Origin: Planctomycetota bacterium
GTDB taxonomy: Bacteria > Planctomycetota > UBA1135 > UBA2386
DNA length: 64,000 bases
Direction: 5' to 3'
NCBI GenBank assembly: GCA_965228735.1
Contig: OZ245838.1
Coordinates: forward strand, 2,400,001-2,464,000
Position 1 is the first letter of the stretch. Every line of letters begins with the position of its first letter. The notes beneath the pieces were generated by a model that saw only the letters and a program-made list of their open reading frames with translations, was not told where the DNA came from and ran no database searches. The position numbers were made by a program, and so were the translations under genes. Positions 8,671 to 18,872 of this stretch are shown here, in pieces.

Positions 8671-9930
8671 ATGAGCCACCGCGCCCTCGATGTCAGAACG
8701 GTCCGCCGCCGGTTCCCGGGTCTGCTGCGCCAGGACGGCGACCGCCCCGCGATCTTCTTCGACGGGCCCGCCGGCAGTCAGGTGCCGCGCTCGGTCGCCG
8801 AGGCCGTGAGCAACTACCTGCTCTACGACAACGCCAACCACGGCGGCGACTTCGCGACGTCCCATGCGACGGACTTCATGACCCGGTCGGCGCGCACGGC
8901 GATGGCGAACTTCTTCCGCACCGCGAGCGGGGATCGGGAGGAGATCGTGTTCGGACCGAACATGACGACGCTGACGTTCCACCTGTCGCGCGCGCTCGCG
9001 CGGACCTGGCAGCCGGGCGACGAAGTCGTCGTCACGGCGAGCGACCACGACGCCAACGTCATGCCGTGGGTGCTCGCCGCGCGCGACGCCGGCTGCGAGG
9101 TCCGGGAACTCGGAGTGACGCCGGAGGGCGCGCTCGATCTCGACGCGCTGCCCGGCCTGCTCGGCCCTCGCACGCGCCTCGTCGCGGTCGGCGCTGCTAG
9201 CAACCTCAGCGGCACGATCCACGACGTCGCTGCCGTCGTGCGGCTGGCCAAGGCGCACGACGCGCTGACGTTCGTCGACGCGGTGCACTACGCCGCGCAC
9301 TGCCGCCTCGACGTCGCCGCGTGGGATGCGGACTTCGTCGCCTGCTCGGCGTACAAGTTCTTCGGCCCGCACGCGGGCATCCTCTGGGGCCGGCGAGCGC
9401 TGCTCGAGGAGCTCGAGGCCTACAAGGTCCGCCCGGCCGACGACACGGGCGCCGAGAAGTGGCAGACCGGCACCGCCAACTTCGAGGCCATCGCGGGCAC
9501 GCTCGCGGCCGTCCAGTACCTGGAGGAGCTCGGGGTGGAGCACGCCACCGGCATGCCGGAGGACGAACGCGCCGCCCTCGACCTCGCGTTCGCCGTGATC
9601 GGCGAGCACGAACGCGAACTCTGCGCCCACCTGCTCCGCGGGCTCGCCGAGATCCCGGGCACGCGCGTGGTCGGCATCGCCGACCCCGAACGCGTGACCG
9701 AACGCTGCGCTACGGTGTCGTTCACCCACACGGCGAAGAAGCCGGCCGCGATCGCGAAGGAACTGGCCCAGCGGCAGATCCATTGCTGGGCCGGCAACAG
9801 CTACGCCCTCGCGCTGTCCCAGGCGCTCGGGCTCGAGCCGGACGGCGTCGTGCGCCTCGGCCTGTTGCACTATGCGACCAGGGCAGAAGTGGACACCGTT
9901 CTCGCCAACTTGCGGGAACTCCTCGCCTGA
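8671..9930 (+). CDS. Cysteine desulfurase-like protein (class V PLP aminotransferase)
   Basis: FFDGPAGSQVP, DHDAN, VDAVHYA; PLP lysine in SAYKFFGPH. Confidence 0.92.
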   Translation: MSHRALDVRTVRRRFPGLLRQDGDRPAIFFDGPAGSQVPRSVAEAVSNYLLYDNANHGGDFATSHATDFMTRSARTAMANFFRTASGDREEIVFGPNMTTLTFHLSRALARTWQPGDEVVVTASDHDANVMPWVLAARDAGCEVRELGVTPEGALDLDALPGLLGPRTRLVAVGAASNLSGTIHDVAAVVRLAKAHDALTFVDAVHYAAHCRLDVAAWDADFVACSAYKFFGPHAGILWGRRALLEELEAYKVRPADDTGAEKWQTGTANFEAIAGTLAAVQYLEELGVEHATGMPEDERAALDLAFAVIGEHERELCAHLLRGLAEIPGTRVVGIADPERVTERCATVSFTHTAKKPAAIAKELAQRQIHCWAGNSYALALSQALGLEPDGVVRLGLLHYATRAEVDTVLANLRELLA

Positions 9931-10015
9931 CTCGCGTAGCAGCCCGGTCCATACCTCCGTACTCACTACCCCATGGCCGCGACCCGCGGCCGATTCGTCA
10001 GGAGACAGTCCAGTC

Positions 10016-10618
10016 ATGCGATTCCCACTCTTCGCCGGTGTCGTTGCCGCGTTCGTCCTCGCCCTCCCCACCGCCGCCCAGGTCCGGGTCTTCGGCGGTG
10101 ACAGTGAGCGCGCCGCGACCTCCCAGATCGTGTTCGGCAGCGACCTCGCCGCCGGCATCTCGATCGAGCACGGCCAGCCCGTCTGGAAGGACGAGTACGA
10201 CGGCATGCTCGACTCGCTCAAGGGCAAGCTGCTGCGCCTCGGTTCCAACTGGTGGACCACGATGACGACGAGCGTCGACCTCGAGATCAGCGGCCAGAAG
10301 GTCCCGGCCGGCGCCTACCTGCTCGGCCTGCACTGCAGCGAGAAGGGCGTGTTCTCGCTCACGTTCCTCGAGGCCACGAAGGGCCTGAAGGCCGGCGCGC
10401 TGCCGTTCATGATGCAGGGCAAGATGAACTGGAAGCCCGACTTCACCGCGGAGCTGAAGCTGAACAAGGGCGCCGCCGAGAAGGTCCAGAAGACGATGAA
10501 GATGCGCGTCAAGGTCGACGGCGACGACTTCGACAACGGCTCGTTCACGCTTGCGTGGGGCAAGCACACCCTCACCGCCAAGCTCGCCTTGAAGCCGGCG
10601 ATGCCGAAGAAGCAGTAG
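10016..10618 (+). CDS. Secreted DUF2911-like protein
   Basis: AGGAG RBS; signal peptide; HGQP..LRLGSNWWT..DLEISGQKVPAGAY..LAWG pattern. Confidence 0.75.
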   Translation: MRFPLFAGVVAAFVLALPTAAQVRVFGGDSERAATSQIVFGSDLAAGISIEHGQPVWKDEYDGMLDSLKGKLLRLGSNWWTTMTTSVDLEISGQKVPAGAYLLGLHCSEKGVFSLTFLEATKGLKAGALPFMMQGKMNWKPDFTAELKLNKGAAEKVQKTMKMRVKVDGDDFDNGSFTLAWGKHTLTAKLALKPAMPKKQ

Positions 10619-10671
10619 GCCCGCAGCCACCCTCATGGCCCGCGCCCACCTCGGCGCGCGCCAGCCGATCG

Positions 10672-10698
10672 ACCCCGCCGTCACCGGCGGGGTTTTTT
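10672..10698 (+). terminator. Rho-independent terminator
   Basis: ACCCCGCCG-TCAC-CGGCGGGGT followed by a T run. Confidence 0.85.
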
Positions 10699-10751
10699 CG
10701 TGGCCGGCGGGCCCGGATCGGAGTCCGGCTCCCGAAATTCGAGGTCGGGGA

Positions 10752-10809
10752 TTGCGGAGCGCTGATCTCCCGAGCATAATCATGCGCTTCGACCGCATAA
10801 TTATGCCAC
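10752..10809 (+). promoter_or_regulatory. arg operon sigma70 promoter with tandem ARG boxes
   Basis: -35 TTGCGG (10752), 17-bp spacer, -10 CATAAT (10775). Palindromic cores GCATAATCATGC (10774) and GCATAATTATGC (10795) are 21 bp apart; the second overlaps the argR ATG. Confidence 0.85.
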
Positions 10810-11318
10810 GCCTCACCAAACCCCGGAAGACGCCGCCGACTCGCGTCGACCGCCGCCGCGCGATCGTGACCGTGCTCGGCAGCCGGACCGTGCGCAGCCA
10901 GGCGGAACTGCAGGCCGCGCTCGAGAGCCGCGGAATCGCAGCCAACCAGGCCACGCTGTCGCGCGACCTGCGCGAACTCGGCGTCCTCAAGGGCCAGCAC
11001 GGCTACGAGCTGCCGCACGGCGAGCGCACGCAAGGCGGCGCAGCGATCTCGGCCAACGGCAACGGCGCGAGTTCCGGCACGGCCGACTACCGCCTCGCGG
11101 CCCGGAGCTGGCTGCTGACCGCGACGGCGGCGGAGAACCTCGTCGTGCTGCACACGCCGACCGGCGGCGCGCAGCCGCTCGCGCTCGCGCTCGACAATGC
11201 CGCGGTCCCCGGGCTCATCGGCACGATCGCGGGGGACGACACCGTGCTGGCGATCTGCCGCACCAAGGCCAAGGCCCAGGCGTTCGCGCGCCGGCTCAAC
11301 GCGGAGGTCACGCGATGA
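10803..11318 (+). CDS. argR: Arginine repressor
   Basis: SQAEL, QATLSRDLRELG and GTIAGDDT motifs. Confidence 0.95.
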   Translation: MPRLTKPRKTPPTRVDRRRAIVTVLGSRTVRSQAELQAALESRGIAANQATLSRDLRELGVLKGQHGYELPHGERTQGGAAISANGNGASSGTADYRLAARSWLLTATAAENLVVLHTPTGGAQPLALALDNAAVPGLIGTIAGDDTVLAICRTKAKAQAFARRLNAEVTR

Positions 11319-12286
11319 CCACGGCCACCGCGACGGAAAAGAAGCGTTGCGCGATCATCGGCGCGTCCGGCTACACGGGCCGCGAACTGCTGCGGCTCCT
11401 GCGGTCCCACCCCGGCCTCGAGGCGACCGCGGTGATGACGGCGCGGCCCGACACCGTGCCGGAGCCGCCGCAGTTCCCGCACGAGCCGACGATCGCAGCG
11501 CTCGAGCTCGACCGCCTCGACGAGGTCGACGGCGTGTTCTTGTGCACCCCGCACGGCGCCGCTGCGGCGATCGCCAGGGAAGCCGTCGGTCGCGGCAAGC
11601 CGACGGTCGACCTGTCCGCCGACTTCCGGCTCAGCAGCGAGGCGGTCTACGGCCTCACGGAGCACCGCCGCGACGCGATCGGGAACGCACGGTTCGTGGC
11701 CAACCCGGGTTGCTACCCGACCTCGATCCTGCTGCCGCTGCTACCGCTGCTGGCCGACAACGACGGTGACAGACCGGCGCCTCTGCTCGACGCTGCCGCT
11801 CCGATCATCGCGGACAGCAAGAGCGGCGTGTCCGGTGCCGGCAAGTCGCCGAGCGCGCGCACGCACTTCGGCAACGTCCACGACAACTTCCTGGCCTACG
11901 GCGTCGGCACGCACCGCCACGTGCCCGAGATCCATGCCCACGCGGGCACGGATCGCATCGTCTTCACGCCGCACCTGCTGCCCGCGTTCCGCGGCATCCT
12001 GTCGACGATCTACCTGACGCCGGCAGTCGGCGTGGACGCGGCCACGATCCGCGGGCTCCTGGCCGAACGCTACGCGGGCGAGCCGTTCGTCACCGTCTAC
12101 GAGACCGGGCAGCCCGAGCTCTCGTTCGTGCAGGAGACCAACCAGTGCCACATCGCGGTCGCGTCGAGCGGGTTGCTGATCGTGATCACGTCGGTGATCG
12201 ACAACCTCGTGAAGGGCGCCTCCGGACAGGCGCTGCAGAACATGAACCTGATGCTCGGCCTGCCGGAGACGGCCGGGCTCCTCTGA
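11315..12286 (+). CDS. argC: N-acetyl-gamma-glutamyl-phosphate reductase
   Basis: GASGYTG, ANPGCYPT, SGVSGAG, DNLVKGASGQA. Confidence 0.95.
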   Translation: MTTATATEKKRCAIIGASGYTGRELLRLLRSHPGLEATAVMTARPDTVPEPPQFPHEPTIAALELDRLDEVDGVFLCTPHGAAAAIAREAVGRGKPTVDLSADFRLSSEAVYGLTEHRRDAIGNARFVANPGCYPTSILLPLLPLLADNDGDRPAPLLDAAAPIIADSKSGVSGAGKSPSARTHFGNVHDNFLAYGVGTHRHVPEIHAHAGTDRIVFTPHLLPAFRGILSTIYLTPAVGVDAATIRGLLAERYAGEPFVTVYETGQPELSFVQETNQCHIAVASSGLLIVITSVIDNLVKGASGQALQNMNLMLGLPETAGLL

Positions 12287-12296
12287 GACGACACCC

Positions 12297-13124
12297 GTGA
12301 GATTGCTACTGAAGATCGGCGGCGCGCAGCTCGAAGAACCCGAGCCCCGCGCCCGTCTCTGCGACTCGATCGCGGCCGCGCGCAAGGCCGGCCACGAGAT
12401 CCTCATCGTCCACGGCGGCGGCAACCAGATCCGCACGGTCGGCAGGCAACTGGGCCTGACCGATCGGTATCACGAGGGGCTGCGCATCACCGACGAGGCC
12501 ACGGCCGACGTCGCGCTCATGGTGCTCGCGGGCAAGGTCAACCGCACGTTGACGGCGTCGCTGCAGCGCGCCGGCGTGCCCGCGGTCGGCATTTGCGGCG
12601 CGGACGGCGACTCGTTCCTCGCGAGCCGACTCGAGCACGACACCGTCGACCTCGGCTACGTCGGCAAGGTCGCGGGCACGAGCAGCCGGCTCGTACGCAC
12701 GTTGCTCAGCAACGACTTCGTGCCCGTGATCGCGACCGTCGCCCCGGGCGTCGACCGCACGGACGGCCCGTTCTACAACCTCAACGCGGACACCGCCGCA
12801 TCGCCGTTGTGCCGCTCGTTCGCCTGCGAGGCGATGATCTTCCTCACCGACGTCGACGGCGTGATGAACGGCGACGGCGAGGTCCAACGCGAGCTCACGC
12901 TCGCGGACTGCGATCAGCTCATGCGCACGGGCGCGGTGCGCGACGGCATGGTGCCGAAGCTCGAGGCCGCGATGCTCGCGCTGCGCCACCGGGTGGCGCA
13001 CCTGATCACGATCGCGCCGGCCGGCGCCGACGACTGCGTCCTCGCCGCGCTGCGGCCGGGCCACGGCACGCGGTTCGTCATGACGGGGTCCGACGCGAAC
13101 ACGTCCGGCGGGGGCGAATCATGA
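12297..13124 (+). CDS. argB: Acetylglutamate kinase
   Basis: KIGG, VHGGG, GLRITD, NLNAD, LTDVDGV, GMVPKL. Confidence 0.95.
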   Translation: MRLLLKIGGAQLEEPEPRARLCDSIAAARKAGHEILIVHGGGNQIRTVGRQLGLTDRYHEGLRITDEATADVALMVLAGKVNRTLTASLQRAGVPAVGICGADGDSFLASRLEHDTVDLGYVGKVAGTSSRLVRTLLSNDFVPVIATVAPGVDRTDGPFYNLNADTAASPLCRSFACEAMIFLTDVDGVMNGDGEVQRELTLADCDQLMRTGAVRDGMVPKLEAAMLALRHRVAHLITIAPAGADDCVLAALRPGHGTRFVMTGSDANTSGGGES

Positions 13125-14305
13125 CGGACGCCTTGATGACCACGTATCTGCCGGCCCCCGAGCTGTTCGTGCGCGGCGACGGCGCCCGCGTCTACGACGC
13201 GGACGGCAACGAGTACCTCGACTTCCTCGCCGGCATCGCGGTGAGCGCGCTGGGCCACAATCACAAAGGCCTCGTCGCCGCGGTGCGCGACCAGATCGGT
13301 CAGGTCGCGCACGTCAGCAACCTGTTCCGGCACCCGTACGGCGAGCGCGTTGCGGCGCGACTGTGCGAACACGCCGGCATGGATCGCGCGTTCTTCACCA
13401 ACTCGGGCACCGAGAGCGTCGAGTGTGCGCTCAAGATCGCGCGCAAGGCCGCCCACCGGCGCGGCGAGACCGAACGACGCGGCTTCGTCGCCGTCGCCGG
13501 CGGCTTCCACGGCCGATCGCTCGGCGCGTTGTCGCTGACCCACGGCGAGAAGTACCGGGCGCCGTTCGCGCCACTGCTCGACACCCGCTGGGTCCCCGAG
13601 AACGACGTCGACGCGCTCGCGACTGCGCTCCGCGACCGACCCGCGGCCGCGTTCGTCGTCGAGCCGATCCAGGGCGAGGGCGGCATCCGCGAGCTCGACG
13701 GGGACTACCTGCGCGCCGCGCGCGCGCTCTGCGACGAGACCGGCACCCTGCTGATCCACGACGAGATCCAGAGCGGCTGCGGCCGCACGGGGCGCTTCCT
13801 CGCGGGGCAGCACCACGACGTGACACCCGACATCGTCACCCTCGCCAAACCGCTCGCGGCCGGCCTGCCGATGGGCGCGTGCCTCGCGCGCGGTGACGCG
13901 GCGACCGCGCTCGAGCCCGGCGACCACGGCTCGACGTTCGCCGGCGGCCCGCTCGTCTGTCGCGCGGCGCTCGTGTTCCTCGACGCGCTCGACGACGGCC
14001 TGCTGCAGAACGTCGGGGACCGCGCCGCGGAGCTGCGCGCCGGCCTCGAAGCGCTGGCCGCCGATCTGCCCGACGTCGTCGCCGAGGTCCGCGGTCGCGG
14101 CCTCATGCTCGGCCTGCGCCTGCACCACTCGGCAGCGCTGGCGCACCGGCAACTGCACGAACGCCGCCTCATCGTGAACTGCACCGCCGGCGACGTGCTG
14201 CGGCTGCTGCCGCCGTTCGTGATCACGACTGCCGACGTCGAGGACTGCCTCGACCGCCTCCGGGCCGTGCTGCAAGCGCTGCCGCAACCACAGCAGGAGA
14301 CCTGA
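13121..14305 (+). CDS. argD: Acetylornithine aminotransferase
   Basis: YLDFLAGIAV, NSGTES, FHGRS, EPIQGEGG, DEIQSG, TLAK, HGSTFAG; ATGA overlap with argB. Confidence 0.95.
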   Translation: MTDALMTTYLPAPELFVRGDGARVYDADGNEYLDFLAGIAVSALGHNHKGLVAAVRDQIGQVAHVSNLFRHPYGERVAARLCEHAGMDRAFFTNSGTESVECALKIARKAAHRRGETERRGFVAVAGGFHGRSLGALSLTHGEKYRAPFAPLLDTRWVPENDVDALATALRDRPAAAFVVEPIQGEGGIRELDGDYLRAARALCDETGTLLIHDEIQSGCGRTGRFLAGQHHDVTPDIVTLAKPLAAGLPMGACLARGDAATALEPGDHGSTFAGGPLVCRAALVFLDALDDGLLQNVGDRAAELRAGLEALAADLPDVVAEVRGRGLMLGLRLHHSAALAHRQLHERRLIVNCTAGDVLRLLPPFVITTADVEDCLDRLRAVLQALPQPQQET

Positions 14306-15255
14306 TGACCACCGCCCCCACCACCGACTTCGGCAACCTCTCCGTCCCCGATCTGCTCTGCACGTCGGAGCTCACCCGCAGCGACATCGACTGCATCTTC
14401 CGGACGGCGAGCACGCTCAAGGCGGGCCGCGAGACGCACACCGACGTGCTGCGGAACAAGCGGCTCGTGATGATCTTCGAGAAGGACTCGCTGCGCACGC
14501 GCTTCACGTTCGACATCGGCATGCAGGACCTCGGCGGCAGCGCGACGTTCATGGACCACCGCGATGCGCGCCTCGGCTCGCGCGAGTCGGTCAAGGACAT
14601 GGCCAAGAACCTCGAACGGTGGGCGCACGGCATCGTCGCGCGCACCTACAAGCACAAGGTCCTCGAGGAACTCGCCGCGAACGCGAACGTGCCCGTCATC
14701 AACGGCCTGTCGGATTTCGTGCACCCGTGCCAGGCGCTCGCCGACTTCTTCACGCTGACCGAGCGCTGGGGCGACCTCACGGGCAAGACCCTGACGTTCA
14801 TCGGCGACGGCAACAACACGTGCCACGCGCTGATCCACACGGCCGTCAAGCTCGGGGTGCACATCCGCGTGTGCTCACCGGAGGGCTACGAGCCCAACAG
14901 CCGGGTCGTCAACGCGGCGATGCACGCGGCCAAGGACAGCGGCAGCGAGGTCACGATCCTCAACGATCCGCACGCTGCCGCCGACGGCGCGGATGCGATC
15001 TACACCGACGTCTGGGCCAGCATGGGTCAGGAGGACGAGATCGAGGAGCGGAACGGCCTGTTCGCGGAATACCAGGTCAACGCCGGCCTCATGGCGCGCG
15101 CGCAGCCGGACGCCGCGTTCATGCACTGCCTGCCCGCGCACCGCGGCTGGGAGGTCGCGCAGGACGTCATGGACGGCCCGCAGAGCGTCGTCTACGACAT
15201 CGCCGAGAACCGCCTGCACGTCCAGAAGGCCGTGCTGGTCCTGCTGATGCGCTGA
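14305..15255 (+). CDS. argF: Ornithine carbamoyltransferase
   Basis: SLRTR, HPCQ, GDGNN, DVWASMG, HCLPAHRG. Confidence 0.95.
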   Translation: MTTAPTTDFGNLSVPDLLCTSELTRSDIDCIFRTASTLKAGRETHTDVLRNKRLVMIFEKDSLRTRFTFDIGMQDLGGSATFMDHRDARLGSRESVKDMAKNLERWAHGIVARTYKHKVLEELAANANVPVINGLSDFVHPCQALADFFTLTERWGDLTGKTLTFIGDGNNTCHALIHTAVKLGVHIRVCSPEGYEPNSRVVNAAMHAAKDSGSEVTILNDPHAAADGADAIYTDVWASMGQEDEIEERNGLFAEYQVNAGLMARAQPDAAFMHCLPAHRGWEVAQDVMDGPQSVVYDIAENRLHVQKAVLVLLMR

Positions 15256-15322
15256 GGCCCAGCGTCGAGCCCCTGCGCTGAGAAGGGCATCCCCCGGGCA
15301 CCCCACGGAACTGCAAGAGAAC

Positions 15323-16534
15323 ATGAGCAATCCCAAGAAGATCGTCCTCGCCTACTCGGGCGGCCTCGACACTTCGGTCATCGTGCACTGGCTCAAGGCC
15401 AGGTACGACTGCGAGGTCTACGCCTACTGCGGCGACGTCGGCCAGGGCCAGAGCGAACTCGAGGGCCTCGAGGAGAAGGCCAGCAAGCACGGCGCGGCGG
15501 GCTGCCGGGTCGACGACCTGCGCCGCGAGTTCCTCACCGACTACGTGTGGCCGTGCCTGCGGGCGATGACCGTCTACGAGGGCCGCTACCTGCTCGGCAC
15601 GTCGATGGCGCGCCCGATCCTCGCGAAGGGTCAGGTCGAGTACGCGCTCGAGGTCGGCGCCGACGCGGTCGCCCACGGCTGCACCGGGAAGGGCAATGAC
15701 CAGGTCCGTTTCGAGCTCGCCTACCAGGCGCTCGCGCCCGAACTGCAGATCGTGGCGCCGTGGCGCGACTGGGACATCCACAGCCGCGAGGACGCGCTCG
15801 ACTACTGCGACCGCCACGGCATCGAGGTCACGGCATCGCGCACCAAGATCTACTCCCGCGACCGCAATCTCTGGCACATCAGTCATGAGGGCGGCGAGCT
15901 GGAGTCGCCCGCCAACGCGCCGCCCGACGACGCGTGGATGCTGACCGTCGACCCGCAGGCCGCGCCGGACGTTCCGCTCGAGCTCGAGCTCGGCTTCGAG
16001 GCCGGCGTCCCGACGACGATCGACGGCCAGGCGCTGCCGCCGGAAGAGCTGCTCGGCAAGCTCAACGAGCTCGGCTCGGCCCACGGCGTCGGCCGCGTCG
16101 ACATCTGCGAGAACCGCCTGGTCGGCATGAAGTCGCGCGGCATCTACGAGACGCCCGGCGGCACGATCCTGTTCGAGGCCGCGCGCAGCCTGCGCGCGCT
16201 CACGATGGAGCGCGACACGATGCGCCTCTGCGAACGGCTCATGCCCGAGTACACCGACCTCGTCTACACGGGTCGCTGGTTCCATCCGCAGCGCGAGGCG
16301 ATGGACGCGCTCTTCCTGGAAGCGACGAAGCGCGTGACCGGCACGGTCCGGGTGCGGCTCTTCAAGGGCCAGGCCACCGCGGTCGCGGCCGAGTCGCCGC
16401 ACTCGCTCTACAGCGAGGATCTCGCGACGTTCGGCGCCAGCGCGTCGTTCGACCAGGCCGACAGCCGCGGGTTCGTGCGGCTCTACGGGTTGCCCGGAGC
16501 CGTCGCCGCCCGCGTCGGCAGGAGCGGACGATGA
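15323..16534 (+). CDS. argG: Argininosuccinate synthase
   Basis: LAYSGGLDTS, HGCTGKGNDQVRFE, ENRLVGMKSRGIYETPG. Confidence 0.97.
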   Translation: MSNPKKIVLAYSGGLDTSVIVHWLKARYDCEVYAYCGDVGQGQSELEGLEEKASKHGAAGCRVDDLRREFLTDYVWPCLRAMTVYEGRYLLGTSMARPILAKGQVEYALEVGADAVAHGCTGKGNDQVRFELAYQALAPELQIVAPWRDWDIHSREDALDYCDRHGIEVTASRTKIYSRDRNLWHISHEGGELESPANAPPDDAWMLTVDPQAAPDVPLELELGFEAGVPTTIDGQALPPEELLGKLNELGSAHGVGRVDICENRLVGMKSRGIYETPGGTILFEAARSLRALTMERDTMRLCERLMPEYTDLVYTGRWFHPQREAMDALFLEATKRVTGTVRVRLFKGQATAVAAESPHSLYSEDLATFGASASFDQADSRGFVRLYGLPGAVAARVGRSGR

Positions 16535-18039
16535 GCAAGAAGGGACACGACGGCCCCGGCCGGAAAGCCGGCCAGAAAGATCAGGCCCAGGCTGCGCAGG
16601 GACCGAGCACGCAGATGTGGGGCGGTCGCTTCTCCGGCGGGCTCGCGCCCGAGTTCGAAGCGTTCCAGAAGAGCCTGCCGGTCGACCGCGCGCTCGCGCT
16701 GGCGGACCTCGAGACCAACCTCGCGTGGAGCGAGGCGCTCGTGACCGCGGGCATCTTCGATCGCGCCGAGGCCACGACGGTCCAGAACGCGATCCGCGAG
16801 CTGGCGCAACTCTGGACGACGCGCGGCATCGCGACCGACGATCCGGCCGAGGACATCCACAGCCTCGTCGAACGTGAGCTCGTCGAACGCTGCGGCGATC
16901 TCGGCAAACGCATCCACACCGGCCGCTCCCGCAACGACCAGGTCGCGACCGACCTCCGGCTCCACCTGCGCGACCGCGGGTTCGCACTCGTCCTCGCGAT
17001 CGAGTCGGTCTGTCGCGCGCTCGTCGACCTCGCGAGCAAGTACTCCGACGCGCCGATCCCGGGCTACACCCACCTGCAGCGGGCGCAGCCCATCACGATC
17101 GGGCACCACGCGCTCGCCCACGCCGAAGCGCTCGGCCGGGACCGTCAGCGCCTCGTCGAGGCGATCATCAAGATGGACAGCTGTCCGCTCGGCAGCGCCG
17201 CGCTGGCCGGCACCACGCTGCCGATCGATCGCGAGGAGCTCGCCCTCCGCCTCGACTTCACGGGCGGCGCGACGCGCAACAGTCTCGATGCGACGTCCGC
17301 GCGCGATCACGTGTGCGATTACCTCTACGTCTGCGCGATGGCGATGACGCACCTGTCGCGGCTGTGCGAGGACTACGTGTTCTTCGCCTCGCACGAGACC
17401 GGCTTCCTGCGCTTCGGCGACGCCGTTTCGACGGGCTCGAGCCTGATGCCGCAGAAGCGCAACCCCGACGCGATGGAGCTCGTGCGCGGCAAGACCGGTC
17501 AGGTGCAGGGTGCGCTCATGGCGATGCTGACGACGGTGAAGGGCCTGCCGATGGCCTACAGCCGCGACCTGCAGACCGACAAGGAAGTGCTGTTCCCCGC
17601 GCTGCAGACGACCGCGGACTGCCTCGAGGTCACGGCGATCGCGCTGCAGAACGTCACGTTCGATCGCGAACGCTGCCGCGCGGAGGCCGACCGCGGCTAC
17701 CTCAACGCGACCGACCTCGCCGACCTGCTCGTAGCCGAGGGCGTCCCGTTCCGCGATGCGCACGACGTGGTCGGCCACGCGGTCGATCGCGCGGTCGACC
17801 GGGGCGTCGAGCTGCACGAACTCGGCGACGACGACTGGCGCGAGCTGCTGCCGGAGCTCGCGCCCGAACGCCGCGAGACGCTCGGCGTCGACGCGATCCT
17901 CGCGCGCCGCGCGGCGATCGGCGGCACGGCCCCCACCGCGGTGAAGCACGAGATCCAGCGCTGGCAGGAGCGCCTCGCGGATTGGCACGACGAGCTCATG
18001 GACGACGAGGACGAGGACTACGAGGACGAATCGGTATGA
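16531..18039 (+). CDS. argH: Argininosuccinate lyase
   Basis: MWGGRF, HTGRSRNDQV, PGYTHLQRAQP, GSSLMPQKRNPD. Confidence 0.97.
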   Translation: MSKKGHDGPGRKAGQKDQAQAAQGPSTQMWGGRFSGGLAPEFEAFQKSLPVDRALALADLETNLAWSEALVTAGIFDRAEATTVQNAIRELAQLWTTRGIATDDPAEDIHSLVERELVERCGDLGKRIHTGRSRNDQVATDLRLHLRDRGFALVLAIESVCRALVDLASKYSDAPIPGYTHLQRAQPITIGHHALAHAEALGRDRQRLVEAIIKMDSCPLGSAALAGTTLPIDREELALRLDFTGGATRNSLDATSARDHVCDYLYVCAMAMTHLSRLCEDYVFFASHETGFLRFGDAVSTGSSLMPQKRNPDAMELVRGKTGQVQGALMAMLTTVKGLPMAYSRDLQTDKEVLFPALQTTADCLEVTAIALQNVTFDRERCRAEADRGYLNATDLADLLVAEGVPFRDAHDVVGHAVDRAVDRGVELHELGDDDWRELLPELAPERRETLGVDAILARRAAIGGTAPTAVKHEIQRWQERLADWHDELMDDEDEDYEDESV

Positions 18040-18665
18040 GCGGCAAGACCGTGACCGTGCGACCGGCGCGCATCACCGATACGACGCCGATCCTGACGCT
18101 CGTCAATGAGCTCGCGTTGCGCCAGATCATGCTGCCGCGCTCGCCGGCGTCGGTGATCGAGAACATCCGCGACTTCCTGGTCGCGGAGGTCGACGGCAAA
18201 CTCGCCGGCTGCGGGGCGCTCGCGGTCACCTGGACCGATCTCGGCGAGATCCGCTCGCTCGCGGTGCACCCCGATCACCAAAAAGATGGCATCGGGCGGG
18301 CGCTCGTCGATGCGCTCGTCGCCGACGCGGAGCGGCTCGGCCTGCCGCAGCTGTTCGCGTTCACCTACGTCCCCGGCTTCTTCACCAAGGTCGGGTTCGA
18401 AGAATGCGAGCACGAAGACCTGCCGCACAAAGTCTTCAACGACTGCATGCACTGCCCCAAGTTCATGGCCTGCGACGAGATCGCGATGACGCGGGTGCTC
18501 GCGCCCGAGGCCGGGGCCGGTGCCGCGAAAGTATTCGGCAAGCCGCAACGTGCGATTCCGCTCCCCCAACGGACCCCGGGCTTCCAGGGCGGACTCGGTT
18601 TCGCACGCCCCGTTCGCGCCGGGGAAGCGGCGTCGGAGGGCCCCGATCCGGCACCCGAAAGTTGA
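18036..18665 (+). CDS. argA: Short GNAT-type N-acetylglutamate synthase
   Basis: MLPRS, GEIRSLAV, GIGRALV, LPHKVFNDCMHCPK..CDEIAM; ATGA overlap with argH. Confidence 0.8.
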   Translation: MSGKTVTVRPARITDTTPILTLVNELALRQIMLPRSPASVIENIRDFLVAEVDGKLAGCGALAVTWTDLGEIRSLAVHPDHQKDGIGRALVDALVADAERLGLPQLFAFTYVPGFFTKVGFEECEHEDLPHKVFNDCMHCPKFMACDEIAMTRVLAPEAGAGAAKVFGKPQRAIPLPQRTPGFQGGLGFARPVRAGEAASEGPDPAPES

Positions 18666-18872
18666 CGGAACCGCTTGCCTCGTCGGGTTTTCCACATCCC
18701 GAGACGAGCAGAACGGCTTGACCCTGGGCCATCTGGCTGCACAATTCCCTACGCCCCTCCCGATCCGCGGCTTCTCCCCTTTGTGCGGAATCGGTTACGG
18801 CCCACGACTGTGGGGCTATGCCCCCCGACCTCATCCCCTGTCCCGCAGTCCCAGGGTAAGTTTGCATTGGTA

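Noticed and set aside
14305..15255. N-acetyl- or N-succinyl-ornithine transcarbamylase (SLRTR variant)
   Set aside because: The DxxxSMG loop and HCLPAHRG are typical of ordinary OTCase, and argJ is present.
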